This document shows positions 27,365 to 43,697 of a DNA stretch of 64,000 nt, in pieces. The stretch is from Eledone cirrhosa (taxonomy: Eukaryota): positions 38,502,001 to 38,566,000 of the forward strand of contig OZ024741.1 in the NCBI GenBank assembly GCA_964016885.1. The letters are read 5' to 3'. Every line of letters starts with the position of its first letter. Position 1 is the stretch's first letter. The notes beneath the pieces are model-generated. The model was not told the origin of the DNA. It saw only the letters and a program-made list of their open reading frames with translations, and did not search any database. Both the position numbers and the translations under genes were made by a program.

Positions 27365-29870
27365 ATACTTGGGGAGGGTCATATTTGTGTAATATTGCCA
27401 GAATTAATAACAGAACACACTCACTGTTTGGTTGGTTTTCGCTTTTCGCTTCTGTGTCTTTTATATCTGCGATCTAACTTACTCGGTCCTCAATGTTGCC
27501 ATTGACTGACCGACGGTCAAAAATAATACAGATACAATATAGACACAAACACATATATATAGTTTATCATAAATCTTTCGTTGCACATCTGCATATCGTC
27601 AGTGGTGCTATTGTTTCCTCCCGTTGCATTGTATGTCTACGCCATTTTTATTTAGTCTGTCTATATATTTATTTATTTATTTGCTTGTTTGTTTATTTTA
27701 TTTTGTCTTCTTTGCGCATGCGTTCGCGTTTGTGTATAGTGTTTTGTTTGATGTGTGTTCGTAATTGGGTGACTAGTGTGTGTTTATGTGTTTGTTGTTA
27801 TTGTGCTTGTGTATGTATTTATTTATTTATTTATCTATTTATTTACTTATTTATACTTCTCTTAGGTCAGTGTTGTTTGTTTGGGTGTTGTTGTTATTCC
27901 ATTCATTCTTTCTGTTTAGTCTTGGTCTTCTAAGTTCTATTTCACTGGCCTCTCTGATTTGCCTATCTGCTGGGTCATTTCTATGTTTAGAAATTATTCC
28001 AATTTCTATGTTGTCTATGTTACCGTCATGTTGTTGTCTGGCATGTTCGTATAGTACTGACCCGTTTTTTCGTCCTTTTAGTTCCCCCCAGTGTTGGTCT
28101 ATCCTTTCACCTATGCTACGAGCTGTCTCACCTATGTATGTTGTTGTCATGTTTCTACAAGTACCCTCTGTACATCTTATGCTATAGACTACGTTTCTAG
28201 TTTTACCGTTTATCCGGGGGTTTACCTTACATATAATACATTTCCTATTGGTACAGTGGGTTTTCTTAAAAGGGTAGGTTTTGCTGATCAGGGATTTTAT
28301 GGTGGTTCCTGGCTTTTCTACCACCTTAAATTTTAAGTGGGTCTTTCTCAGGGCCTTCCTACACTGGTTAGCTAATTTCCGTCCAGGGGTAGCGTCCACT
28401 AACATGACACTCTGGTATCTCTGGTTGTCGTACCATGAGGTGGCTTTCCCTATCTTATGTCTAGCCCTATCTAAGCTATTCCATGATTTGCTCCTGTATA
28501 ATGGGAAAATTCCTTTCATGTCCAGTTCTATGAGGGTCTTATACTTCTCTATGGCTCCTTCGTATACTCTGACTCTGTCTCTTTGGTTGTAGCCAGAGAA
28601 CTGCATGCGGTTGATGAAGTGTTGGATGTGTCTTTCCATTTCTGTTGGGTCGCACATGCGGGACACATTCTTCATCACTCGTACCAAATCTGCGAGCAGA
28701 ATATTAAACTTAGCACTACTGGACATTGCTGAGTTTTTTAGTATCAGGTATTTGGAGGCCATAGGTTTAGCATAGTGTGAGTGGAGAATTTGGGCTCTCT
28801 CGTCTATAGTGTTAATCCAGAGTTCCGTGTCTAATACAGGTAGTCTATTGTTAGGGTGTTTGGAAGGGAAGTCGATAGTTACAGTTATACTCTGGTGTAT
28901 GGAATTAGCTATCTGCTGGATGCTTTCCATTGTGCTACGTTCTAAATCAAACCTGTTAGTGCTCTCTAGTGGGGATGTTCTTATAACTATATTGATATCG
29001 TCTACATAACGAGAGTACATGATGAGGTCTATGGAGTTCTCATTAAGGAGATCCTTAAGTCTCCTTTCCCACCATACTATGAAAAGGTTGGCAACATCAC
29101 CAGCTATGCTGACGCCAATGGCTGCTCCCTCATTTTGGGTGTAGATCTTCTCGTTGAACTTAAATATGTGGCCCTTTAGGGTAGTTTTGATACTAGCCCC
29201 TATTGCATGTGCGACCATTTTTCTTACCTGGTCATTGTTTTGGGGGGTCCGTATAGCTTTGGTCCACCCAATCCACCTTCCCATGGGAGTCTTTTTTGCC
29301 ATTGAGGTTATGGTGGGGCGTCTACCTCTTATGGGTCTACTAGGGCAGAACCGTCTAAGGTCATGGCTGTCTAGGTAGTCAGTGTCGTAGGTAAGTCTAA
29401 GTAGGAGGCCCAGTTCGTCTGTGTCGACGTCGCAGAACTCCACCTCACTCTCAATGATCATCTCCACACATTTTTCACGGCAAAATCAATGTTAATGGAT
29501 GGGTACAGTGACACCACATCCATGCTGCCTATTATGCAGTTGGATAGGTTCCTGTTTTTGTTGCACTCACTGATTCTGCTGAGGAGGTCCTCTGTACTGT
29601 CACATACATCTGGGGACATCTTGATTATGGGGCGTTTAACCATTGAGAGGAAGTAGGAGATCCTGTAGTCGCTAGCTATATTAGCTCCGCATACGTGTCT
29701 TGTTGGTGGTCCTGTTATCGGGTCGTCGACTGTCTTGTGGTCTTTGTGGAGCCCATACAAGGGTGGTATGCCATTGTTAGACGTCCGGAAGTTGTTGGCA
29801 GTGCGTCTGCTTGGCTTTAGGATGTCAGTCCACATCATCATATAAAACCTCGCAAAACTAATTCATCGCC
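27361..29870 (-). mobile_element. 5'-truncated Penelope-like retroelement with 3' pLTR, inserted in (TA)n
   Basis: RT-GIY-YIG ORF at 27851-29841. The 3' region is repeated at 9019 and 10848, with a hammerhead-like core at ~27570-27606. Confidence 0.9.
27851..29841 (-). pseudogene. PLE polyprotein: reverse transcriptase plus C-terminal GIY-YIG endonuclease, one frameshift near 29470
   Basis: IPPLYGLHKDHK, GSMDVVSLYPSI, GAAIGVSIAGDVAN, YSRYVDDI, LPVLDTELW, NVVYSIRC..YIGETARSIGERIDQH, RQIREA..LNRKNEW. Confidence 0.92.
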
Positions 29871-29871
29871 G

Positions 29872-31740
<1,869 letters not shown>

Positions 31741-32026
31741 TATATATATAGATATATATATATATATTTTATGATTTCATATATTTTTATATCTGTATAT
31801 CTGTTTGACCCGAAATAGGAGATCGAATCTTCGCTGTGTGGATAATTAGTTTAACCACCATCTCAGTGTGTTTGGCCTTTAACGTAAGTTGTAAGCTCTA
31901 ATTCTTTTGAATTATTGAGCGCTTGCCTCACAATTCGAAAGTGTTTTTTCGTTATTTCATAGGGTGAAATTCGATTCTCATTAATTTTTACTTGTATATA
32001 TATCTATATCTATCTATCTATCTATC

Positions 32027-32062
<36 letters not shown>

Positions 32063-32093
32063 ATATATATATATATGTATATATATTATATAT

Positions 32094-32166
<73 letters not shown>

Positions 32167-32186
32167 ATATATATATATATATATAA

Positions 32187-32219
<33 letters not shown>

Positions 32220-32333
32220 ATATATATATATAATATATATATATATACATACATATATATATATAATATATATATATATATAAATATATATATATACATA
32301 CATATATATATATATATATATAAATATATATAT

Positions 32334-32423
<90 letters not shown>

Positions 32424-32643
32424 GGGGTAACAAATAATAGTTAAATGCAGTCCACTTAGGTATAGTCCAGTTATGGTATTCCAGGTAGTGGATGATATTA
32501 ACGCTTGTCTTGGTTTGACTCAACAAGGCGTTTTCATAGTGATGCTGCGGGTATGCCGTAATTCCTATGTTGTAAACACTCGGAGTAATAATAAATCAGG
32601 AAAGAAGGTTGACATGGTTTGCTATACAAAAAAGGTTTTTAAT

Positions 32644-32761
32644 CTCATAGCTGACAATTGTTTCTCTGAACTGGTAGGTCTAGAGATCGCTATTCGCTTA
32701 TTTTCACGTACTCGATCGCCAATACAAAATTATAACCAGTCAGATCTTCGGAGCATGCGAG
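32644..32761 (-). ncRNA. Hammerhead-like motif (core CCGAAGA) in an inverted-arm element spanning ~32421-33380
   Basis: gct-CCGAAGA-tctgactggt...accagttcaga-GAAA-caatt-GTC-agc. Arm ~32592-32690 is inverted at 33281-33380. Confidence 0.55.
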
Positions 32762-33136
32762 AATGAAGAGAATATACAGGCAAGAAAAGAATATACAGGC
32801 TACTATATGAAGTAGTAATGGCATTCAATTAGAACAATAACAACAATTACAACAATGCTATTAATAAATTATTTGAGGAGACCCTGACATTATTTAGGTG
32901 GGGGGTATAATGTATCTAACATTACGGCGTGTAAAACTAGCTGTCATGAGGGAAAAGTAAGAGTTTGGCATGTACAGAGTATCGAAGTGTGTATCAATTT
33001 TAAATTATAAAGATAAGCCAGTGTTTACAGTCTTTCTTTTCATCTTCAATAGCATACATGAATGGGACGACACTGTCAAAGCTAAATAGTTGTTGAGTTA
33101 ATACAGAGGTTAACGAAGTAATATACGCATATATTT

Positions 33137-33177
<41 letters not shown>

Positions 33178-33826
33178 CACATGCATGTGTACATAGACAC
33201 ATACATACACATCAATATACACTCGTACAAAAATATACATACATGCAAAGAGATAAGCGTGCTAATTGTAATTATGGCAAAGCGATCTCTAGACCTACCA
33301 GTTCAGAGAAACAATTGTCAGCTATGAGATTAAAAACCTTTTTTGTATAGCAAACCATGTCAACCTTCTTTCCTGATTTATATATATATATATATATATA
33401 TATGTATCACGATAAATTAACGGAGGCATAGGCCCTCGCTATTCCCTGTAAATAATGTGCTCAAAGGAGAAGAAATCCTGAGCTCTTTAAAATACAATTT
33501 GTTGAAAAGGTAACACTCCAGAGAGAGATATACAGTGCGTTATCAATAAAACAGGATAAAAAAACCCACCAATGTATGGAATCTATAACCTATGAAAGGC
33601 AGACTATAGACACGATAATTAAAAATATAAATTAAAGCGTAAATAAATACCTCTATAACTATATAACACACGTACAAATCTAAAGATACTGATCCAAAGA
33701 TATTTTTCACCAGTAATTTGTTGAAAGAATATATATATATATATATATAGGAACGAGTAGGACCCCGACGGCTGAGCTCAAGCCGTTTCGACGCTAATTC
33801 TGGTTCCTTACCACATTTCCTTCGTT

Positions 33827-33899
<73 letters not shown>

Positions 33900-33900
<1 letters not shown>

Positions 33901-34830
33901 TAGCTTTAAAGCCCGGCGTTGCTCGGGGTCAGTAAGTTATCAAAGTTAGGTTGCACCACCCATTTTATGGCACCACTATTTTGTCTGCCAGGCACTGGAT
34001 GAATGAATTGCAGACCTGGACTGCCGAAGCAGGAGCTGCGCAAGCAGTGACAATTGTAGTTTCGCCTATGGAAATTATCTCTGTGCAAAGAAGTGTTGAA
34101 ATTTATTGTTTCGCAGTACTTGCGCAGCACGCGCGTAGACGATGCCAGTCGAACAACAGAGCTTGTATGGAGTTGTTCTGCATGGTTGTCTAATGTGTGT
34201 TTTCTAAATTTAAGACAGTAGGGAAGGGTGTGATATGGGGGAGAGTTAGCTGCTGTTTCTAGCAGGTTTAGTGACTCATAGAGGATATGTTTTCTAAATT
34301 TAAGACAGTAGGGAGTGGTGTGATATGAGGGAGAGTTAGCTGCTGTTTCTAGCAGGTTTAGTGACCTCATAGAGGATATTATTGTGTATAGTAAATGAAC
34401 TGATACTTCTTTCTTCCACGTTCGTTGATAGATGTTTTAAAAAAGATTTATCGCTATTTTTTTTTGTTGTTGAATAAATTTATCTGTTGCTTTTGAATAA
34501 TTGTTGTTTCGTATGAAATGTAATAAGTTCTCTTTGTCATTGAAGTAAATAAATGTTTGACCGTTCCACACTCAAAAAGAAACGTTCTCTTTCTCTCGCT
34601 CTCCCTCTCACTCTCTCTCTCTCTTAAAGTTTAAGCGGAGTAGAGAGAGGAATCTGATCGTGTTAGAGGGGTAAAGCGTCATGTATTTAGTTTTATCGAT
34701 TATTTCTGTAATTGTGGGTGGGTGTGAATGAAAGAAATAGTCGTTGAACTAAGTTAGACCATTTACAACATTCTTTCAGACGTTGAGTCGAATCGGTTTG
34801 AAATTGTCGAAATGTCTAAAAATGGAACAT

Positions 34831-34902
<72 letters not shown>

Positions 34903-34941
34903 CACACACAACAACAACAATCTGCCTTTTATAGATAATGA
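33900..34941 (-). mobile_element. Non-autonomous Helitron
   Basis: Minus-strand 3' end CCCGAGCAACGCCGGGCTTTAAAGCTAG. 5' end TC..TATAAAAGGCAGA-(TG)n. Homologous to 21800-22255. Confidence 0.75.
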
Positions 34942-35063
34942 TATATATATACATATATATATATTAGAAAATATATAGCTTTCACCGTATTTTTTACTAA
35001 AGGAAATTTAGCTTGATAACGGGGTTTAGAACCCTCAGATAAATGGAAAAAGATGAGTATTGA

Positions 35064-35484
<421 letters not shown>

Positions 35485-36256
35485 GTTTGGTTGGTTATTT
35501 TCCCGTAATAGAATCAATGAAATCCGTTTTCTCGATTTCCCTGAATCTGGAAGTTTGTGGAGAAGATAGAATTAGTATTTCAGTAAATCTGAATCATTTT
35601 TTGTGGCCAAATTATTAATTCAACGTTGATTTTTTCCAAGAAAAAACAATTTAAGAATGACAGTCTTTCAGACAGAAATACCAAGATAGATATTTTTAGA
35701 AACAATCACCTTCCCGGTCAAATCTAAGATCATTCAACCATTCAAACCAATTCCATTTCGCCTTTGTAGCCATTTGAAAGTGGCTATCACCACAACAGAT
35801 TGCTACCACACCCATACCCTGTCTCATTCTTATTCTCCCTCTCACCACTTCCCCCTCTCCTCCTCCTCCCCCTCCCCCTTTCCTCCAACTACTACCAGTA
35901 AAAAACCCCAAAATTAAAACTACTACTTCTGTTAGCCAACTGACAGAGAACAAAGGACAAACACGGACAGAGCTATGAACTCTCCTCCCTAAATATGTAT
36001 GTAAAAACTAATAATTTTTCTTCCCCTTTTTATTATTCGCATATATAATATACAACATAACTACATTATGCATATCCGTAGTTGAAAAAGAATATAATGC
36101 TGTAACCGGTACCATTATTAAATGCCAAAATATCCACTTTATAAATAAATGTTTTGATATTATACTGAAAGAATCTCTTCAGCATTATCTACTGAAAAAA
36201 TCATTTTCCTCTCTACTGTGTGTTTCTGTCTCTCTTTCTCTCTCCCTTCTCTCTCT

Positions 36257-36349
<93 letters not shown>

Positions 36350-36629
36350 ATTTATTAACGTATTTATTTATGTTGGACCACAGCCAGTTTCGATGATGGA
36401 TATTCTAGTTATCTGCTCAACGTAGCACCCTGTGTGACAAAGCTGGCACTTTGAATCATAGGTCTAACTCATTTTCGTTGCTGAGTGGACTGAATAAACC
36501 AGAACTAAATGGACACACCATACCACCAGGTGTCAATCTTAAGTTATATATGCAATCTTAAGTTATATATACATACATACATGATGGCTGCCCCCTCGTT
36601 ATCGAGTATGGCCATTGCACGATATACCA

Positions 36630-36926
36630 TCTATATATATAAAACTGAGGAAGTCTGTCTGTGTGTGTGTGAGTTCGAATCCCTAAAACTCGAGACTATT
36701 TTCAAACTTTACACATGTAATACTTATGTTTCAGGGAGTGTTCTGAGCAAAACAAATGTCAAATGTCCAATGCCCTAGGGACCGCATTAGGCGATTTAGC
36801 GATCTCGCTCTATAATTCTCAGTCTTTCTCTTTTTAGATAGATACATACATATAACGTCGCGCCCTTATAATATCTGTCTGTATGTCTGGCTGCCTGCAT
36901 TACGTCACTTCCCTGAGCATGTCTGT

Positions 36927-37014
<88 letters not shown>

Positions 37015-37564
37015 CTGTCTGTCTGTGAGTTTCAATCCGTAAAACTCGAGAAGTACCCAACCGATTCTTTTCAAACTTTACATGTGTATTACTTATGTTT
37101 CAACTTTTTTTATATCCTAGGTAAAAAAAACTGCGTTTTTTAAGATTTTTAGGGGTTTTTTGAGGCGTTACGTCAGACCGATTTCCTTGAAATTGTAACT
37201 ATGTGTTAGTCTATCTCTTCTTCATACCCTAAGCAAAGAAAATTCAACTTTCTTATGGCCTAGGTGAAAAACTTCATTTTTTCAGCTTTTTAGGGCTTTT
37301 TTGAGCCAATTTTCCCGAAATTTCAAGGCATATAATGCAGATAAAAAAAATTCGTTTTCTTGATCCCTCAGTGCCTGGATTAGGTGAAAACCTACATTTT
37401 TCATGCTTCATCGAGGAAAATCTTAAAGATTATCCAGCTATCAGAGTATTCGGTTTATTTTCTTTACATATTGTCCAGGCATGCAGTTTTTCCACGATTA
37501 GGTCTGTTGGCGGCCCGCGTCCCAAAATACCTTTGCCCGTGCATCGCCCGGATACCACTGCTAG
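36630..37564 (+). mobile_element. Non-autonomous Helitron with exact A|TC...CTAG|T junctions
   Basis: 5' TCTATATATATAAAAC and 3' CCCGTGCATCGCCCGG-ataccactg-CTAG. Joining the flanks restores the repeat seen intact at 55861-55918 (-). Confidence 0.88.
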
Positions 37565-38248
37565 TTATTAATAATTATTAATTAATTCTATCGTGCAATG
37601 CCTGTTCGTGAGGATATTTTTAAAGTGAGGAAAGACTGTGCTCTGAGCCAATCCCACTCTCTGAGCGACAGTAGCTATAACCCGAAAAGAAGAAAGGATC
37701 AACATTATCGGTAACTACTGAGCCGCAGGTTTATATCGGAGTTATCCCAGTTTCCTGAGTTGCCTTCTCCTAGAAGAATGCCCTGACAAAAGCTAGGGGT
37801 CCTTCACTCCCAGTAGTTTAACCGCACGATCGGCTGTCCAGCCCGATTATTTCTATGTCCCCGCACATATACATAAACATGCACCCATGTATATACACAT
37901 ATACATATATATACATATGTACATGTATATATATATATACATATTTACACACTTGTGGATGGCCGTTGACTCTTATATATGCATACATACGTATATATAT
38001 ATATATAAATATATCGGAAAATCTTCAAGACACCGACGGCAGAGCTCAAACCGTTTCGACGGCTATTTATGTCCAGAAATAGCCGTCGAAACGGCTTGAA
38101 CTTTGCCGTCGGGGTCTTGAACATTTTCCTATTACCCACTCTACTACCCAATATATAGTGTATTTTGCAATACACTGTATGCTTAATTAAAAGCATTACG
38201 AAGACCTTATGCTATTGTTTTAGAATAGTGACAGTCCCACTTACTTTA

Positions 38249-38343
38249 ATTTTCAGCAAACAGGGGAGATAAAACTGACAGAATCCTGTTTCGCACTTTT
38301 TGGTGCTTATCAAAGCTAACTACTCCGCCTGTTTGCTGAAAAT
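38249..38343 (-). ncRNA. Type I hammerhead ribozyme with U3-A8 core variant and long stem I
   Basis: TTTTCAGCAAACAGGCGGAG..agct-TTGATAA-gcac-caaaaa-gtgc-GAAA-caggattct-GTC-agtt..CTCCCCTGTTTGCTGAAAA. Confidence 0.75.
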
Positions 38344-38844
38344 CATGAATGTTTGATTCTTATAGAATTCTAGTAATAATCAGGAACTGATTATACAGAG
38401 CGGTTGCCGGTCAAGCAGAAAATATAAGGAAAGAAGATGAAATCGAAAATGCAACTGGAGTCTTTTTTTTTTTTAAATATATATTTATTTGGTTCCTTTA
38501 CCGGTTTTGCAGTTCTTCTGCTTTTCAAAAGTATAATTGAGATGGAGGGTCTGTGGTGTTTCTCACATTTGGTTGGTCTTTGGATGTTACTTGTTTTATA
38601 TGGAAAAAAGTGGCTCGAAATGCCAAGTTTTTAGAGAAGTAATTTGGTTGGTTGGTTGGTGAATAAGTATAATAAATTTCGAAGTCTTATTACTCTGGAG
38701 TTTCGGCTATTTATCACATAGTCTCTATGCAATACTCCGTATATGATATTTTTCGCGTTCATTGCTTCCGGGGTTAAAATCCCGTAAGGTAACTTGTCAG
38801 CTGCTCTACAATATAATTTATTCTATTTATTCCAGGTTTTTACG

Positions 38845-39125
38845 CGTAGGTTAGTGGTTATATTATTGGATTCCCAATCATGAGTTAGTGAGTCCGATTT
38901 CCTGCTCGGTGGGTGCGTGGAGACCTTGAGAAAGACACATTAATTCACGTAGCTCCAGTTCATTCAGCTGGAGAAATGAGTTGTGACGTCACTGGTGCCA
39001 AGCTGTATCTACCTTTGCCTTTCGTTTGGACAACATCAGTGGCATGGCGGGGGGGGGGCTTCTATGCATGGATGACTGCTGGTCTTCCACAAAAACACCT
39101 AGCACTGTCTTGTACCCTGTAAGAA
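38845..39125 (+). mobile_element. SINE family B, diverged
   Basis: Homologous to 9850-10160 (GCTCCAGTTCATTCAGCTGGAGAAATGAGTTGTGACGTCACTGGTGCCAAG). Confidence 0.7.
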
Positions 39126-39517
39126 AATTCGTGACCGGAGGGGTCTTTACCCCTCTTTTTACGTTCAAATCTCATTGAGACCCTTATGAATGGTAGACTT
39201 AATCAGTCACCCTGTTTAACACCACGGCCAGGCCCTAGGTTCTATTTAGTGATGTTCATTCAGCGAACATCTCCGGTTTGAGGAAACGTCTATTCCTCTC
39301 TCATTCACACTAGTCTCGGAGTCTCTGGAAAAAATTATGTGCACAGACTTTCCATCCTTGACTAAACATTGAAATTAAAAAAATAATGTGGTCAATGAAT
39401 CTGCTAGAAACAACAGCTAAGTAACATTGGATATTGTATTCCTACATGAATATAAGGTTGTGACGGCTGAAATGTCTTTGATCATAGCTGACTGATTTTA
39501 GTCAAAATAACATTATT

Positions 39518-39709
39518 AGTCGATTGGCAGTATAGGTAGAGGGTAGGACGCCATTCTTTGCAGCAAAGAGTTACGACTCTTTATGATCTGAGTTCAAATC
39601 CCGCCGAGATTAACTTTGCCGTTCATTCTTACGGTGTCTCGATAAAAATAAAGTACCAGTAATGTACTGAGATAATTGTTGGTCTTGTGCCAAAAGTAGA
39701 AACAATTAT
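39518..39709 (+). mobile_element. SINE family A
   Basis: GATTGGCAGTAT...GAGTTCAAATCCCGCCGAG...GTGCCAAAAGTAGAAACAATT. Confidence 0.8.
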
Positions 39710-40009
39710 TAACACCAACACCACCAACAATACTAATATGAAACTATGACTTTAGGTGGAGTTTTAATATGCCTAAATGGCTACAAATATTTCTGTGTTG
39801 ATTTGTGATTTTGTAAATATTTAGTGTTGCCAAATGTCTGGGAGCCTTAACTGCGAGACAGCCTTTGAAAATACCAAGACGTACACCATTTTATCTCAAG
39901 TGGTAGAAGACAAAGAAACAGTGAAAGCCTGTCTTAATTTTGCTAGTAAGACTAAGTATACGAGATATATTGATTGTTGTTGTCGTCGTTGCTGATGTTG
40001 TTGTTGTTC

Positions 40010-40420
40010 TTCTTCTTTTTCTTCTTCTTCTTCTTCTTCTTCGTCTTCTTCTTCTTCTTCTTCTTCTTGAGAGGGTCGCGGGAGTAAAGTCCTCAAACAC
40101 CCCCCCTCCAGCGGGTCCTGTCAGAAGCAACTATCTCCACCTAATCAAGCTGGATTCCCAAGCGAGACCAACCAAGCTCATAGATGTTATCTAACCATCT
40201 TTGTCGGGGTCTACCCCTAGGTCTCCTACCGGTTGGTTTTGCCCGCAAAATTTGTCCAGCGATTCTTTCCTGAGACATTCTAACCACATGCCCATAGGAT
40301 CGGAGCTGCGATCTCTCAATTCGGAGAAGGAGCAGCTCTTTCTAGAATGACTCTTTATATATCTAAATGTGCAATAACTCATAATTAATTCCAATCCACT
40401 TTTTTTTAACAGCAAAGAAC
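40010..40420 (-). pseudogene. 3' end of an RTE-clade LINE with (GAA)n tail
   Basis: Minus strand translates LLRIERSQLRSYGHVVRMSQERIAGQIL..PTGRRPRGRPRQRWLDNI..DRTRWR, followed by (GAA)n. Confidence 0.8.
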
Positions 40421-40544
40421 ATCCGACGAATGAAACCAATAGGAAAAAAAATTACACAATTAACTCAAAGGTGGTTTTGACTGAAAGCGGAATTATACGA
40501 GGAACATAGTTCTATAGAAGTGATATGTATATATATATATATAT

Positions 40545-41550
40545 ATTAGTAAAAGGAAAAGAAAATGCTGACAAATTGTTCCCAGTGAAAAATAGTTTAA
40601 TTAGGAATAAGTATAAATTAGTAATAAGTATTGGTTAGTATTCAGTTTTAGTTTTAAGTTTTTACCGGTTGCGCATTTCTAATGCTTTTCAAAAATAATT
40701 TTGAGATAGAGCGCCCGTGATGTTTGCTCTAATCTGATCAGTTTTGGAAATTCTTCCTGTTTTATGTGAAAAAATTTAAAGATAATGCGACCCACACCCA
40801 GTGCATCAGTAAGGAATCTCACTTTATTAACAAATACGGACCCTGTCTAAACACTTCTCCCTAAGACGAACCCACAACATACACACGTCAACATACCTAC
40901 ATCAGCATACATCTTACATACAACTCTATCCACATATAAACACAATGACATACGTAAACACACATGTTCTATGGTGCAACACAAATATACACAAATTTGC
41001 ATACCTTTTGATGTCTATAGATATAAACGTGCCGACACACACACATACATATACGCACACATGCATTGCACACTGATGGGCACATACATATTTGTACACA
41101 AGTATTCCAATACGGCAAGGCCTAATGGATTCCCCTTGCAGTACGTACAATCTGGACACTCACACACACCTTGGTGTTATGACAATACTATACATCATTT
41201 CACCCCTTTTATTATTAATGTTTTTGATGTTCTTTTGAGAGAATCGTTTTTGCAAATTACTGAAAATATCGAATAATTTACACCATTTTTACCAGTATCA
41301 CAAAAATACTGGTCCATCCACACACACACACACACGCACACACATACACACACACATATACACACACACACACATATACACACACACATACACACGCGTA
41401 AACTAACATACAAACAGACATATACACACACACACACACTTCTCCGTATAAGACAAGAGCTGAAAAATATCTTTCAGCATGTTAAAATATCCCCCACACA
41501 CGTACATACACATTCCTACTGACCGAAACCCTCTACCACGAACCACTCTG

Positions 41551-41596
<46 letters not shown>

Positions 41597-42215
41597 TTGT
41601 CTTAATAGACACCTGAACAGTTGACCTTTCAACATGACTGCAATTCACACACACATCCCTACTGACCATTATCATAACAATGAACCTCTTTACTACACAC
41701 ACACACACACACACACATTTGTCTTAAAAGACTTATTTTTCAGTGATTTCTCAATCAGGCGAAAAAGGACACTCTTCGACTAACCTACATTTGGCCCAAA
41801 ATCAATTTTTAACATTCACGTGACCTCTACCGACCAATCAAAATTGTTTTGACTACAAGAATTTTTGCAACACGAATTGGCGCGAATTTATAGTACTCAT
41901 TCACGTGACATTCAACAACCAACCAAATCTTAATACCTCTGGAGCCACTTTTTTCACATAAAACAGTAAGAATTTCCAATACTGATCAGATTAGAGCAAA
42001 CATCACGGGCGCTCTATCTCAAAATTATTTTTGAAAGCATTAGAAATGCGCAACCGGTAAAAACTTAAAACTAAAATTGAATACTAACCAATACTTATTA
42101 CTAATTTATACTTATTCCTAATTAAACTATTTTTCACTGGGAAAAATTTGTCAGCATTTTCTTTTCCTTTTACTAATATATCACAACTCGTGTGTTACAC
42201 CTCTATTCTTTTAAA
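40545..42215. mobile_element. Foldback element with ~230-bp inverted arms, CA-rich spacer and 35-bp tail (PLE-type)
   Basis: 40545-40775 is the reverse complement of ~41948-42178. Same family as 2950-3218, with a diverged copy at ~38490-38700. Confidence 0.7.
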
Positions 42216-42591
42216 TATATATATATATGTGTCTGTGTGTGTGTGTGTGCGCGCGTGTACGTGTGTGCGCGTGTGTGTGTGCATATGTGTGCGTGCGTAT
42301 GTATATACTATATATGCACAAGGCTAGCAATTGACTGGTACTTTATTTTATCGACTCCGGAGACATGAATTGCAAATTTGACATCAAGAGTATTTGAAGG
42401 CAGAACGTTCGGCGCTCTAACGATTCTGGTAAATAAAATTGTAATTGCCGCAAGCTGTTTCACCCAATTACACTTGACAGTAAAACACTTGATATTCTTT
42501 TTGAAATCCGAGAACCACATCACAAAAATACAAACAAAATAGTATACTTACATACAAACATACATACATATATACATATATAAATATATAA

Positions 42592-42660
<69 letters not shown>

Positions 42661-43697
42661 CATACATACAGACATATATATATATATCACTTCTATAGAA
42701 CTACATCGAGTGTGTTCCTCGTATAATTCCGCATAGACATACCAAGACCCTTGTCTGTCTTTTATTTTTATTGTTCTTCTAATACTTAACATATGTAACA
42801 CGAAATAACAATCTGAAGGTTAGTGTTTCTCGGCTTTCTTACTAAGTATTCCATCACACTTAAACATATCTACGACAATCTTTTCCTTCCAGTCACCCTG
42901 ATTACGCAAGAATAGAATTGTAACGATCTATTTGTAAACTACACGAAACTATGACAAACTAACTGCGAGAGCCTCTACGCCAGATATAACGAAACTTTAT
43001 TTTTTATTACCTGGAACGAATTACACGTCCATGAGTATCTGTGAGGATGCATATGTTCAGAAAATAGCAATGAATCATTTACTAAAGTCACAGGCATGCA
43101 ACGTATTTCAAGGCGGTAAATTAGTAGAGTCGCTGTATTATCGATTAAAATGGCTTGTCATATTCATTTCAGCTCTCTGAATTCTAATCTCACCGAAAGC
43201 AACTTTACTTTTTTATTCTTCTACAAGAGTTAATTACGCCTTCCCCTCTCGCTTCCTGGACTCAGACCTGGAAAGAGATGGACTCCGTCATGTTAAGATA
43301 CCCGAGATGCGCTGCATGTCATAACGATGCCAATAAAACTCACTTGTTGAGGGAGAAAATCAAGGCAAATTATATTAAATATGTTTTGATCTTAAGCCTT
43401 GAACGGGTTTTTCTTTTTATTCATATGACTTTTTCGAGACTTTGCCATGGACGAATGCTTAAGAGGTTTGCTTCAAAATTGTAAAATCACGGGTTCGATA
43501 CTACAGCGTAGCATCTTGGGCAAGTGTCATTTACCATAACATTGGGCCAATCCATTCTTTGTGGGACTCTGGATAGACGAAAACTGTTTCAGAAGCCCGT
43601 TGGATGGACAGTTCTGGTAAAGGGCCATCCATGCCATACATTGTGTCAAGCTGAATCTCCATAATAATTACATTTAGGTTACACGTATCTGTGGATC

